Below the pieces are notes generated by a model. It saw nothing but the letters and a program-made list of their open reading frames with translations. It was not told the DNA's origin and did not search any database. DNA of 64,000 bases, from NCBI GenBank assembly GCA_050485685.1, contig JBJHBW010000002.1, forward strand, positions 86,680 through 150,679. The letters run 5' to 3'. The translations under genes were made by a program, and so were the position numbers. The stretch's first letter is position 1; every line of letters begins with the position of its first letter. Of this stretch, positions 9,938-17,613 are shown in pieces. The stretch comes from Gammaproteobacteria bacterium (lineage in GTDB: Bacteria > Pseudomonadota > Gammaproteobacteria > Steroidobacterales > Rariloculaceae).

Positions 9938-10108
9938 CGCGGCGCTTCTCGCCGCGATCGTTCGTAAGTTGGTCCCCACGGGCCTGCCCGACTGCCTGTA
10001 GCACGGTATCTTGGCGATCCGGTGAGATTCCGCGGCTGCGTGACCAGAGTCTGTTCCGTTACGTTGGCAGTCAGAAGGTAGTCGCAACGGAATGCCGCCA
10101 CCCTGCCG

Positions 10109-11035
10109 ATGAGCCATGACCAGAACTTCAAGAACCTGATTCTGGATTACCCGCGCCAGGCGCTGGCCTTCTTCGCAGCCGAGGAGGCGGCGGAACTCGG
10201 GGAGGACGTCCGCATCACACCGCTGCGGCAGGAGCAGCTGAAGGAGCGACTGGGTGATCGCTTCCGCGAGCTCGACGTGCCTTTGCTCGTGGAGTGGCCG
10301 GACGGTCGGCGTGAAGCGTTGCTGTTCGTGATCGAGCACGAGACGCAGGCGCGTCGATTCGAGATTCATCGGCTTGTGCACTACTGCGTCGATCTGGCTG
10401 CGCTGTGCGATACCGATCGCGTCGTGCCGGTGGTGATTTTTCTGGATCGTGGTTCCGCTCCTACAACGTGGTCGCTGGGTGGGGACCGGCACACGTTTCT
10501 GCAGTTCGAGTATCTCGCCTGCCGCCTGGCCGACATTCCTTATCGCCAGCATCGCGACAGTGAGAATCTCGTCGCGCGGGTCAACCTCCCAAACATGGCC
10601 TGGCAAGGCGTCGAGGAGAAGGTCGACGCCTACGCCCAGGCGGTTCGGGGACTACTTGCACTCGAGCCGAACTTCGAACGCCGCGCCAAGTACGTGGAGT
10701 TCGTCGACATCTACGGAGGGCTTGATGATAATGAACGCAGGCTCTTCGAGCAGCGGTATCCGCAGGAGGACGAGCAGATGGTGGGTTACTTTGAGCGCGC
10801 TCGGCAGGAAGGCCGTCAGGAAGGGCGCCATGAAGGCCGTCAGGAGGGGGTGCGTGAAGGTGAGGCTCTTCTGCTCCATCGCCTGTTGCGCCGCCGCTTC
10901 GGCGAACTGCCCGACTGGGTCTGGCCGCGTCTCCAGCAGGCCAACACCGCGCAGCTGGAGCAATGGGGTGAACGGGTTCTCAGCGCTGACAGTCTGGCGG
11001 CGGTGTTCGGTGAGGAGGCCTCACCGGGAGATTAG
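10109..11035 (+). CDS. Rpn-family PD-(D/E)XK nuclease with DUF4351 C-terminus, copy 2
   Basis: Nearly identical protein to 8579..9496. Confidence 0.85.
   Translation: MSHDQNFKNLILDYPRQALAFFAAEEAAELGEDVRITPLRQEQLKERLGDRFRELDVPLLVEWPDGRREALLFVIEHETQARRFEIHRLVHYCVDLAALCDTDRVVPVVIFLDRGSAPTTWSLGGDRHTFLQFEYLACRLADIPYRQHRDSENLVARVNLPNMAWQGVEEKVDAYAQAVRGLLALEPNFERRAKYVEFVDIYGGLDDNERRLFEQRYPQEDEQMVGYFERARQEGRQEGRHEGRQEGVREGEALLLHRLLRRRFGELPDWVWPRLQQANTAQLEQWGERVLSADSLAAVFGEEASPGD
10778..11035 (+). CDS. Putative internally initiated RpnS-like antitoxin, 85 aa
   Basis: AGGAGG at 10764-10769, in-frame ATG at 10778, same codon offset (223) as copy 1. Confidence 0.6.
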   Translation: MVGYFERARQEGRQEGRHEGRQEGVREGEALLLHRLLRRRFGELPDWVWPRLQQANTAQLEQWGERVLSADSLAAVFGEEASPGD

Positions 11036-11094
11036 TGCAGCCTTACCGGGCCTTCCGCCAGCCCGTTGCTGGCTCCGCGAAACCGCTAATCGGC

Positions 11095-12327
11095 TTACTG
11101 TTGCTCGGCCAGTTTCTCAAGACGCGGCCGAAACACATTAATGAAGCGGTTTACCCTGTCTCCGAGATCTTGATAGAGCTCTTCCTTGTTGTCTTCGATA
11201 AGGGAGCCCGAATACCGATCCGCAGCAATGATGGTGTGCTTCAATCCATCGCTGTCCCAGCGTACCGGGATTCCCAGTTCCCGATTTATCTCCTCCTCGT
11301 CGTCCCGAAGGGCGGCATACATCCGGTCACCAACTGGGCCTTTGTAGAAGGTGAGATAGACGCCAGCCCTGTTTGTGGACGGCGCCACATAGGCACTGAC
11401 CCAGGCATCTGTTTCCTTGGGCATCGTGAAGTATTGATTCTGAGAACGGGCCGGCTTCCACACTGACTGCCTCTTGTCATCCAGTTCCAGGCGCGCCAGA
11501 AACTCCGACCAGAACTGCTCGAACTTCGCTCGCGTGGCAAGCACTTCAGGACTGACTCCCTGTTCTTGCTCTAAAAAGTCCTCGGTATCATCTTCGCTGG
11601 CTGTAATCGCGTCGTTACGAATGTCCACGACTATTCGCTTCAGGATCGTCGACTGGGCAAGCACACGAGGTTGAACCAGCTGTGTACCGTCTTTCATCCG
11701 AAAGATGGCCATCTCCACAAGCCCGAATGTGAAGTGAAGTGATGCGTGGCCATCGAGGAAATCGGTGATAGCACCAACACCCTCACGGATTCCATCCCCG
11801 ACAATCAATAGCAGAAAATCACCACGACGAAGACTCTGCGTAACGGAGTCGAAGAACCGGGCTTCTTCGACGGAATCAGGCTCGTATCCGACGACCTGGG
11901 CGAGCCCCGTGGCTTTACCACAATCCTCAGCTCGGCGCGCTCTACGGACGGCAGCATCCAGGGTCTCGTAGTTCCAGCGGGAGAGTTCCTTGGCATAGTC
12001 CAGGATCTGTCCAATGACTTTCCGCCTGGCCTCCGGGTTACGCCACAGTTTCGCTTCGACGATCACGAGCCGGCCGCCAGGCGTGACATAGAGAACATCC
12101 AAGGGGCCAGCAGTAGTCTCCATCTCCCGGCATACCGGCACCATTCCGGAGAACGCATCATCGATCTCCGAGACTGGCAACGCATCCGGGTGGGAGTACA
12201 GCAAGTTCTGCAGCCAATCCTCGGTATACGCGTCAATCGACTCGGCGCCTGTAAGCGCTATTCTCTCCAGCTTCCAGGAGGTACCGTCCTTGCCAACGAT
12301 CAGAGGCGATGAAAATGCTGATGCCAT
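11095..12327 (-). CDS. NucS/EndoMS-like PD-(D/E)XK nuclease fused to DUF4268-like domain
   Basis: EDWLQ..CREM..GPLDVL..VIVEAKL..RKVIGQILDY; C-terminal FWSEFL/QYFTM/EEINRELG; SD AAGGAG before ATG 12327. Confidence 0.7.
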   Translation of the reverse strand: MASAFSSPLIVGKDGTSWKLERIALTGAESIDAYTEDWLQNLLYSHPDALPVSEIDDAFSGMVPVCREMETTAGPLDVLYVTPGGRLVIVEAKLWRNPEARRKVIGQILDYAKELSRWNYETLDAAVRRARRAEDCGKATGLAQVVGYEPDSVEEARFFDSVTQSLRRGDFLLLIVGDGIREGVGAITDFLDGHASLHFTFGLVEMAIFRMKDGTQLVQPRVLAQSTILKRIVVDIRNDAITASEDDTEDFLEQEQGVSPEVLATRAKFEQFWSEFLARLELDDKRQSVWKPARSQNQYFTMPKETDAWVSAYVAPSTNRAGVYLTFYKGPVGDRMYAALRDDEEEINRELGIPVRWDSDGLKHTIIAADRYSGSLIEDNKEELYQDLGDRVNRFINVFRPRLEKLAEQQ

Positions 12328-12343
12328 CACGAGGCTCCTTGTC

Positions 12344-13177
12344 TCACTTTGCGACGATACCTTTGCAGCTTGGATAGTCGCTACACCCCCAGAATTGCTT
12401 GCCTGCGTTGCGTCCGCGCCTTGCCGTTCTTGACACCATAGCCAAGCCACAATCTGGGCAGTCGGGAGTGCTCGAAAGTGTCTGTCCTGGCTCGTGCGAC
12501 GTTTGCCGCTCGACAGCCGGCTCGGGCTTGTCGAGCTTAGCCGCAAGTTTGCCGAGCGCTGCGCCGTCAATCAGCTCAACGCCTGCCTGCATCGCGAAGC
12601 GTTTCGCATCCAGCGTAAACGTCCCCGACGTTACGACAACGCCACCCTGCACGCCTTCCGCGCTCATCACCCCCACAAGCTCCCGAACGACTTTGACGCC
12701 GACCTGCCGTGCGTTCCAGTGTTTGCATTGAATGAGCAACCGCTCATCGTCTCGTGCAGCCACCAGATCTACGCCGCCATCGGCACCAGACGGCGTAGGA
12801 TGTACCGCATACCCTCTGCGGCGGAACACCTCCTCGACCATCAGCTCGAAGTCCCGCCAATGCATGCGGCCGGATTCGCCGGGGCGCGCATACTCAGTCA
12901 CGAGCCGACCGGCTTTACGGCGACGGAAGATAGAGAAGGCCGCGCCAATCACAAAGATAACGGGCAGAGCGATCTTGCCAATCTGCGCGAAGGTGTATAT
13001 CAGCTGCGGACCTATTGACCCGATGTCTGCGAGCTCGGCGGGCGCAGTCCTCTCCGGCACCGCAATCAGTCCCAATCCGACATAGGACGCGCCTGCAAGC
13101 ACAAGGTTTACCCACCAGGGCAATACCGTGGCGATCCTTAAGAGGTCTTCTACCGGTTTTTCGCGGCGGCGAGGCAT
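12344..13177 (-). CDS. Mrr-family restriction endonuclease with N-terminal TM helices and C-terminal topoisomerase-type Zn ribbon
   Basis: WRDFE, ADGGVDL, IQCKHW, VVVTSGTFT; CPDC...FWGCSDYPSC. Confidence 0.85.
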   Translation of the reverse strand: MPRRREKPVEDLLRIATVLPWWVNLVLAGASYVGLGLIAVPERTAPAELADIGSIGPQLIYTFAQIGKIALPVIFVIGAAFSIFRRRKAGRLVTEYARPGESGRMHWRDFELMVEEVFRRRGYAVHPTPSGADGGVDLVAARDDERLLIQCKHWNARQVGVKVVRELVGVMSAEGVQGGVVVTSGTFTLDAKRFAMQAGVELIDGAALGKLAAKLDKPEPAVERQTSHEPGQTLSSTPDCPDCGLAMVSRTARRGRNAGKQFWGCSDYPSCKGIVAK

Positions 13178-13299
13178 AGTTCCCGGTCACTCCCCGTTTA
13201 CGACTGCTTTGAAGTCTATGCAAAGTAATTTCCTGATGACGGAAGCAAGTCACAGGTTCGTCCCTGGTACGACTCGAGAACAGCCGCACGCCCGCGGAC

Positions 13300-13701
13300 G
13301 TGCTTCGCATCGTCAGTACGCTCGCTGAGTGGCTGAAAGCGCCGGAACAGGCGAGCCTGCGGCGCGCGTTCGTCGTCTGGATCAACAGGGTTATACTGGC
13401 CCGCAAGCCCGGTGGCCCTGTCATGGGCATAGAGGAGCTGGAAGAGATGAGCACCTTGCTGGAAGTGCGGATGCGAGAGTGGGATGAAGCATCCAGGGAG
13501 AAGGGTCGGGCGGAAGGACTCCAGGAAGGGCTGCGAGATGGCGAGGCCTTCCTGCTGCACCGTCAATTGCGCCGGCGCTTCGGCGAACTGCCCGACTGGG
13601 TGTGGCCGCGTCTGCAGCAGGCCAACACGGCGCAGCTGGAGCAATGGGGTGAACGGGTTCTGAGCGCCGACCGTCTGGCGGCGGTGATTGGCGAGGAGTA
13701 G
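13300..13701 (+). pseudogene. Rpn/DUF4351 C-terminal fragment; may still express an 84-aa RpnS from ATG 13447
   Basis: No nuclease domain; tail GEAFLLHRQLRRRFGELPDWVWPRLQQ..ERVLSAD is almost identical to copies 1 and 2; GAGGAG at 13432-13437 before in-frame ATG 13447. Confidence 0.7.
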
Positions 13702-13807
13702 CCGCCGCACCATGCCCGTTTCGGGCACGCGTCCCGCCGACTTCCGCTGCACAACTGCCAGTGCACGGATACAACGGATATACTCAAGACCTGCCTGGGA
13801 GAAAAGC

Positions 13808-14299
13808 GTGAACAAGATCCTCTGTGCCCTTGTCGGGGCCGTCATAATCGCCGCCCCCGCCTTTGCGGAACCCGAATACGTCACGATCGAGATGGAGATC
13901 GAGATCGCGAAATCGGCCGAGGAGGTCTGGGCCGCGGTCGGCGGCTATTGCGACATCGGCGAATGGGCCAATATCGACTGCGAGATCACGTCCGGAAACG
14001 GCGGCATGGGCACCGTGCGCGCACTCGCAGGCGGCCGCATCATCGAGGTCCTGGTCGCGCAGACCGAACTCTCCTACGGCTATGCGCAACCTGCGGTTGA
14101 AGGGCAGTTTTACGACCTCTATCACGGCTTCATGGAAGCGAAGCCGATCAGCGCCGACACGTCGAAAATCGTATACACGCTTGTCTATGACATCTCTGAC
14201 AGACCGGACCAGGCGGCGAAGGACGCCGACATTGAACGCCGCCGCACCATGTTCGAAAATGCGCTTTCGAACATGAAGCGCATCGCCGAGGCGAATTAG
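13808..14299 (+). CDS. Exported SRPBCC/START-fold protein
   Basis: Signal peptide (APAFA), EIAKSAEEVWAAVGGYCDI..G.GTVR, C-terminal helix ALSNMKRIAE; GGAG SD. Confidence 0.7.
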   Translation: MNKILCALVGAVIIAAPAFAEPEYVTIEMEIEIAKSAEEVWAAVGGYCDIGEWANIDCEITSGNGGMGTVRALAGGRIIEVLVAQTELSYGYAQPAVEGQFYDLYHGFMEAKPISADTSKIVYTLVYDISDRPDQAAKDADIERRRTMFENALSNMKRIAEAN

Positions 14300-14351
14300 G
14301 CCCGGGCGATCGCTCGCCGCGACAGGTCCGGCCCTGTATTCTGGAGAGACC

Positions 14352-14753
14352 ATGTCCTTTCGCCGATTACCACCCATCCGACTGTTCGCACTGGCCGCCC
14401 TGCTGGCCACGGTTGACGCGTACGCCGGAGGCGTCGAGGGCAATGCCGCCAACGGCAGGCAGCTGTTCAGGACCAGTGGCTGCCCCGCCTGCCATGGGGT
14501 GACGAAGGAAGCCACTTCGATGGTGGGACCCAGCCTCTTCGGCGTCGTAGGGCGCAAGGCCGGCACCGCGCCAAGCCTCCTGGGCGCCAGTGAGAACCTG
14601 AGAGCTTACGGAGTGACCTGGAGCGCCGAGACCCTGGATGAATTTCTGACCGACCCGAAAGCCAGGGTACCGGGCACACCGATGACTGGCGTGCTGGCCG
14701 ATCCACAGCAGCGCGCTGACGTGATCGCCTACCTCTACACGCTGACCGATTAA
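14352..14753 (+). CDS. Class I cytochrome c (c2-like)
   Basis: Signal peptide, CPACH, GPSLFGVVGRKAG, VPGTPM axial Met, RADVIAYL. Confidence 0.9.
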   Translation: MSFRRLPPIRLFALAALLATVDAYAGGVEGNAANGRQLFRTSGCPACHGVTKEATSMVGPSLFGVVGRKAGTAPSLLGASENLRAYGVTWSAETLDEFLTDPKARVPGTPMTGVLADPQQRADVIAYLYTLTD

Positions 14754-14779
14754 CACGTCTGGCAGCTGTTCGTGCAAAG

Positions 14780-14816
14780 AAAAAGGCCCCGGCGGTTTCC
14801 CGCCGGGGCCTTTTTT
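14780..14816. terminator. Bidirectional intrinsic terminator
   Basis: AAAAAGGCCCCGGCGG-TTTC-CCGCCGGGGCCTTTTTT between convergent genes. Confidence 0.9.
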
Positions 14817-14835
14817 CATTCAGCAGGCGTGAAGT

Positions 14836-17532
14836 CTACCGGCTGACCTGCACACTGGTTCCACCACCACCACCGAAGCCGCCGCCGAAGCCGCCGCCAC
14901 CAGCGCCGGTCGAGACGACCTTGACCCACAGTGCATCATCGCCCCTGAAGTACGAGGTGTCGGTGGCCGCGCGCAGCGCATCAAGACTGCTCAGCTCCGT
15001 ACCGGAAGCCGCGGTTGTGAATCCCGGCAGCTCGAAGATCACCCAGGAGCCGCTGTCCAGCTGACTCAGAGTGATGGACAGCTCCTCCCTTTCGGTGCTC
15101 ACCTTGACCTCTGTGCCGGCCATCACCGAGGTCTGCCCTGTCGCGGTGAACTCAACGCCATTGCGGCTGAGAACGACCGGCGGTTGAGCAGGCGCTCCAC
15201 CGGCGCCACCTCCGGGCTGACCGCCGCCAAAGCCGCCGCCAGCACCGGGGCCTCCCGGTCCACCGCCACCGAAGCCGGCGCCACCGGGGCCGCCGGGCCC
15301 TCCGGGACCGCCCGGGCCACCGCCTCCGAAGCCCCCGCCACCCGGGCCGCCGCCGGGACCGCCGGGGCCAAAGCCGCCACCGCCGAATCCGCCACCGCCA
15401 GGGCCGCCAAAGCTCATGCGCCCGAGGTCGCCCGCGCACACGACGGCGTTCCAGGTGGGCTGGAGCTCGCAGCCTTCGACAGCGCTCAGGATGCCGATAT
15501 TGTTCACGACGTAGGCATTGGGCTGACCGGTGAGTGAGCCGTCGATGTCCTTGATCGCCGCAGTCCTCCAGCCGGCACTGCTGGCATTGTCGTTACCCCA
15601 CTCACGCACCATCTCCGGGAAATGCACCGGCTTGGCGTTGACGAAGCTCACCCGTTCCACCGCGTTGTCGGAGCTGGTCGGGAAGCTGGTGAACAGCAGA
15701 TAGGAAAGCGCTCCGGCGTCGCGAGTGTCGTTGTCCACGTAATTGACGAACGTCGTGTCCTCGACGAAGTGCAGGAAATCGTAGTACTCGTAGCCGCGGA
15801 TCGGGAAATCCGGAATTTCGGGGTAAGGCAGGCTGCGGCCGTAGGCAATCTCCTCCGGTGTCCTCGGGTTACCGATGTTCGCGGTCTCGCCGACGAACAG
15901 CGAATCCACGACCTTGGAGGTGAAGTCGCCGCCACCGGGCTCGATGCCGGGAAAGGCATGCGTATAGCCTATGGCGTTGTCGGCCAGCCTCAGGTTCCTG
16001 AATACGTGCAACTCACCGCGGGCCCAGATGCCACCATTGTTGTTCTTGTACGCAGTGAAATCTTCAATGAAGGATTCCTGCGGACCTTCCCTGTTGGCCG
16101 GATCGGCATAGGCCATATGCGGGTTGCCGCCGACATTGAATCGGCCCTCCGGATTGGGACCGCGATCGAGCATCAGACCATCGAAGTTCGAGTGGGCGAC
16201 GTTGCCGCTGAACTCGCGGATCTGCATGCGACGCGGCCAGGTATTCCGGCTGATCTCGGTACCTTCGAACTCACCGATGGGGTGCTGCGGAAATGCCATC
16301 CAGAAGCCGATCTGGTCGGAACCTGCGGCCACGTTGTCCCGGTAGACGTTGTCCGGGTTGGTGATCCAGAAGGTCGACACCGTGTTGTCAGAAGGAATCA
16401 GGACATCCTCGGAGAGCTGGCCATTGCCTCGCTCCTGGGACGAGCCGGCTGCGGCGAGGTTGGTCGGCACGCACGGCAGGGTCATATGACACTTGGTCTG
16501 GATACCCAGGTTCCTGACGAACTCGTTGCTGTGCTCGATGCCGTCTTCGAGGAAATAGCAGTGACCGACGTTGTCGTAGGCCACGTTGTTTTCAACCTGC
16601 AGGTAGTTGGTGCCATGCACCGTCACGCAGCGGTTGTAGGTGCGGTGGACGGATGAGTTTCTGATGTACTGGCCGTGCGCGTCGCCGACCAGATGCCAGT
16701 GAATCGGATAGCGGGCCAGTGTCAGGTTCTGACCCATGCGAGTGAACTCGACGCCGTCGATATACATCTGGCTCGTCGGCATGGCCATGATATGCCCGCC
16801 GAAGTATGTCTCTTCCGCGTCAGCCGATGCCTGGATCCTGATATTGCGCGTCAGCAGACCGACTTCGCCACGCTGATCCACGCCGTAGGTGATCTCGCCG
16901 TAATGCATGTATTCAAGCGGTTCATCCAGCGTGATCGTGTTGCCGTTGATGGCGGCAATGGTGCGCTGCTCGGCCTGTCTGGGATCGAAATCCGTCGACG
17001 CGAGGACGATCTGATCGCCCACCCGCCACTCAGCGGCATTCAGGACTTCGATGGAGCGGCTGCCTGCTTCGGCTGTCCTGGCCAGCTTCGTCCACGAATT
17101 GGACCGGTCGCCGTGCAGATTCAGGGTGCCGCCGGAGATCATGATCCCGCGGTCACCCATGCCGGCCATGATGTCTTCACCCGGGACTTCGTCGGTAAAG
17201 GTGATCGTCGCGTTGCGCGTATGGGGATTGGCTTCGGTGCCGATGGTCAGATCCCCGTGCAGGACGATCCACTCGGTGATCAGTTCCAGGTCCACATCGT
17301 TCGAGAACGTGAGACTGCCGTCGATAGTCAGACTGCGCAGACCCGGTGGACTGACGTCGAGAACAACGTCCATACCTTCGCTGATGACGACGGCGTCCCA
17401 TGCGCCGGGCACCTGACCACCCGGCCAGGTGGCAGGATCGGACCAGTTCTGCTGGGCCCGCACTTCGGCGACTCCAGCGAGAGCAAGCGCTGGCAACGCC
17501 AACACGAGAAACAAACGAGATCTTGCAGACAT
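14836..17532 (-). CDS. Secreted G8-domain / parallel beta-helix protein (CEMIP/TMEM2-like)
   Basis: Signal peptide, WSDPATWPGGQVP G8 start, EVGLLTRNI, RYPIHWH, NRCVTVHGT, GHCYFLEDG; Gly-rich inserts. Confidence 0.8.
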   Translation of the reverse strand: MSARSRLFLVLALPALALAGVAEVRAQQNWSDPATWPGGQVPGAWDAVVISEGMDVVLDVSPPGLRSLTIDGSLTFSNDVDLELITEWIVLHGDLTIGTEANPHTRNATITFTDEVPGEDIMAGMGDRGIMISGGTLNLHGDRSNSWTKLARTAEAGSRSIEVLNAAEWRVGDQIVLASTDFDPRQAEQRTIAAINGNTITLDEPLEYMHYGEITYGVDQRGEVGLLTRNIRIQASADAEETYFGGHIMAMPTSQMYIDGVEFTRMGQNLTLARYPIHWHLVGDAHGQYIRNSSVHRTYNRCVTVHGTNYLQVENNVAYDNVGHCYFLEDGIEHSNEFVRNLGIQTKCHMTLPCVPTNLAAAGSSQERGNGQLSEDVLIPSDNTVSTFWITNPDNVYRDNVAAGSDQIGFWMAFPQHPIGEFEGTEISRNTWPRRMQIREFSGNVAHSNFDGLMLDRGPNPEGRFNVGGNPHMAYADPANREGPQESFIEDFTAYKNNNGGIWARGELHVFRNLRLADNAIGYTHAFPGIEPGGGDFTSKVVDSLFVGETANIGNPRTPEEIAYGRSLPYPEIPDFPIRGYEYYDFLHFVEDTTFVNYVDNDTRDAGALSYLLFTSFPTSSDNAVERVSFVNAKPVHFPEMVREWGNDNASSAGWRTAAIKDIDGSLTGQPNAYVVNNIGILSAVEGCELQPTWNAVVCAGDLGRMSFGGPGGGGFGGGGFGPGGPGGGPGGGGFGGGGPGGPGGPGGPGGAGFGGGGPGGPGAGGGFGGGQPGGGAGGAPAQPPVVLSRNGVEFTATGQTSVMAGTEVKVSTEREELSITLSQLDSGSWVIFELPGFTTAASGTELSSLDALRAATDTSYFRGDDALWVKVVSTGAGGGGFGGGFGGGGGTSVQVSR

Positions 17533-17613
17533 GGCTCGGTAACCCCCTGGCAGAGCAAACGCTCTTTTATTATTGGGGGCAGAATAGATCACTTCCCGAG
17601 TACCAGCAATCAA

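Larger units (their letters stand above)
8490..11013 (+). repeat. Direct duplication (~1 kb units at ~8490-9495 and ~10020-11013) including ~90 bp upstream of the Rpn genes
   Basis: Shared upstream CGCGGCTGCGTGA..CGTTACGTTGGC..CAGAAGGTAGTCGCAACGGAATGCCGCCAC plus near-identical coding sequence. Confidence 0.9.

Noticed and set aside
8416-13800. Integron cassette array or IS interpretation of the Rpn region
   Set aside because: No convincing attC (RYYYAAC...GTTRRRY) pairs, terminal inverted repeats or target duplications found by eye
15185-15415. CRISPR-like or DNA-level repeat array
   Set aside because: Degenerate codon repeats of a Gly-rich peptide; no constant repeat-spacer period and no cas genes
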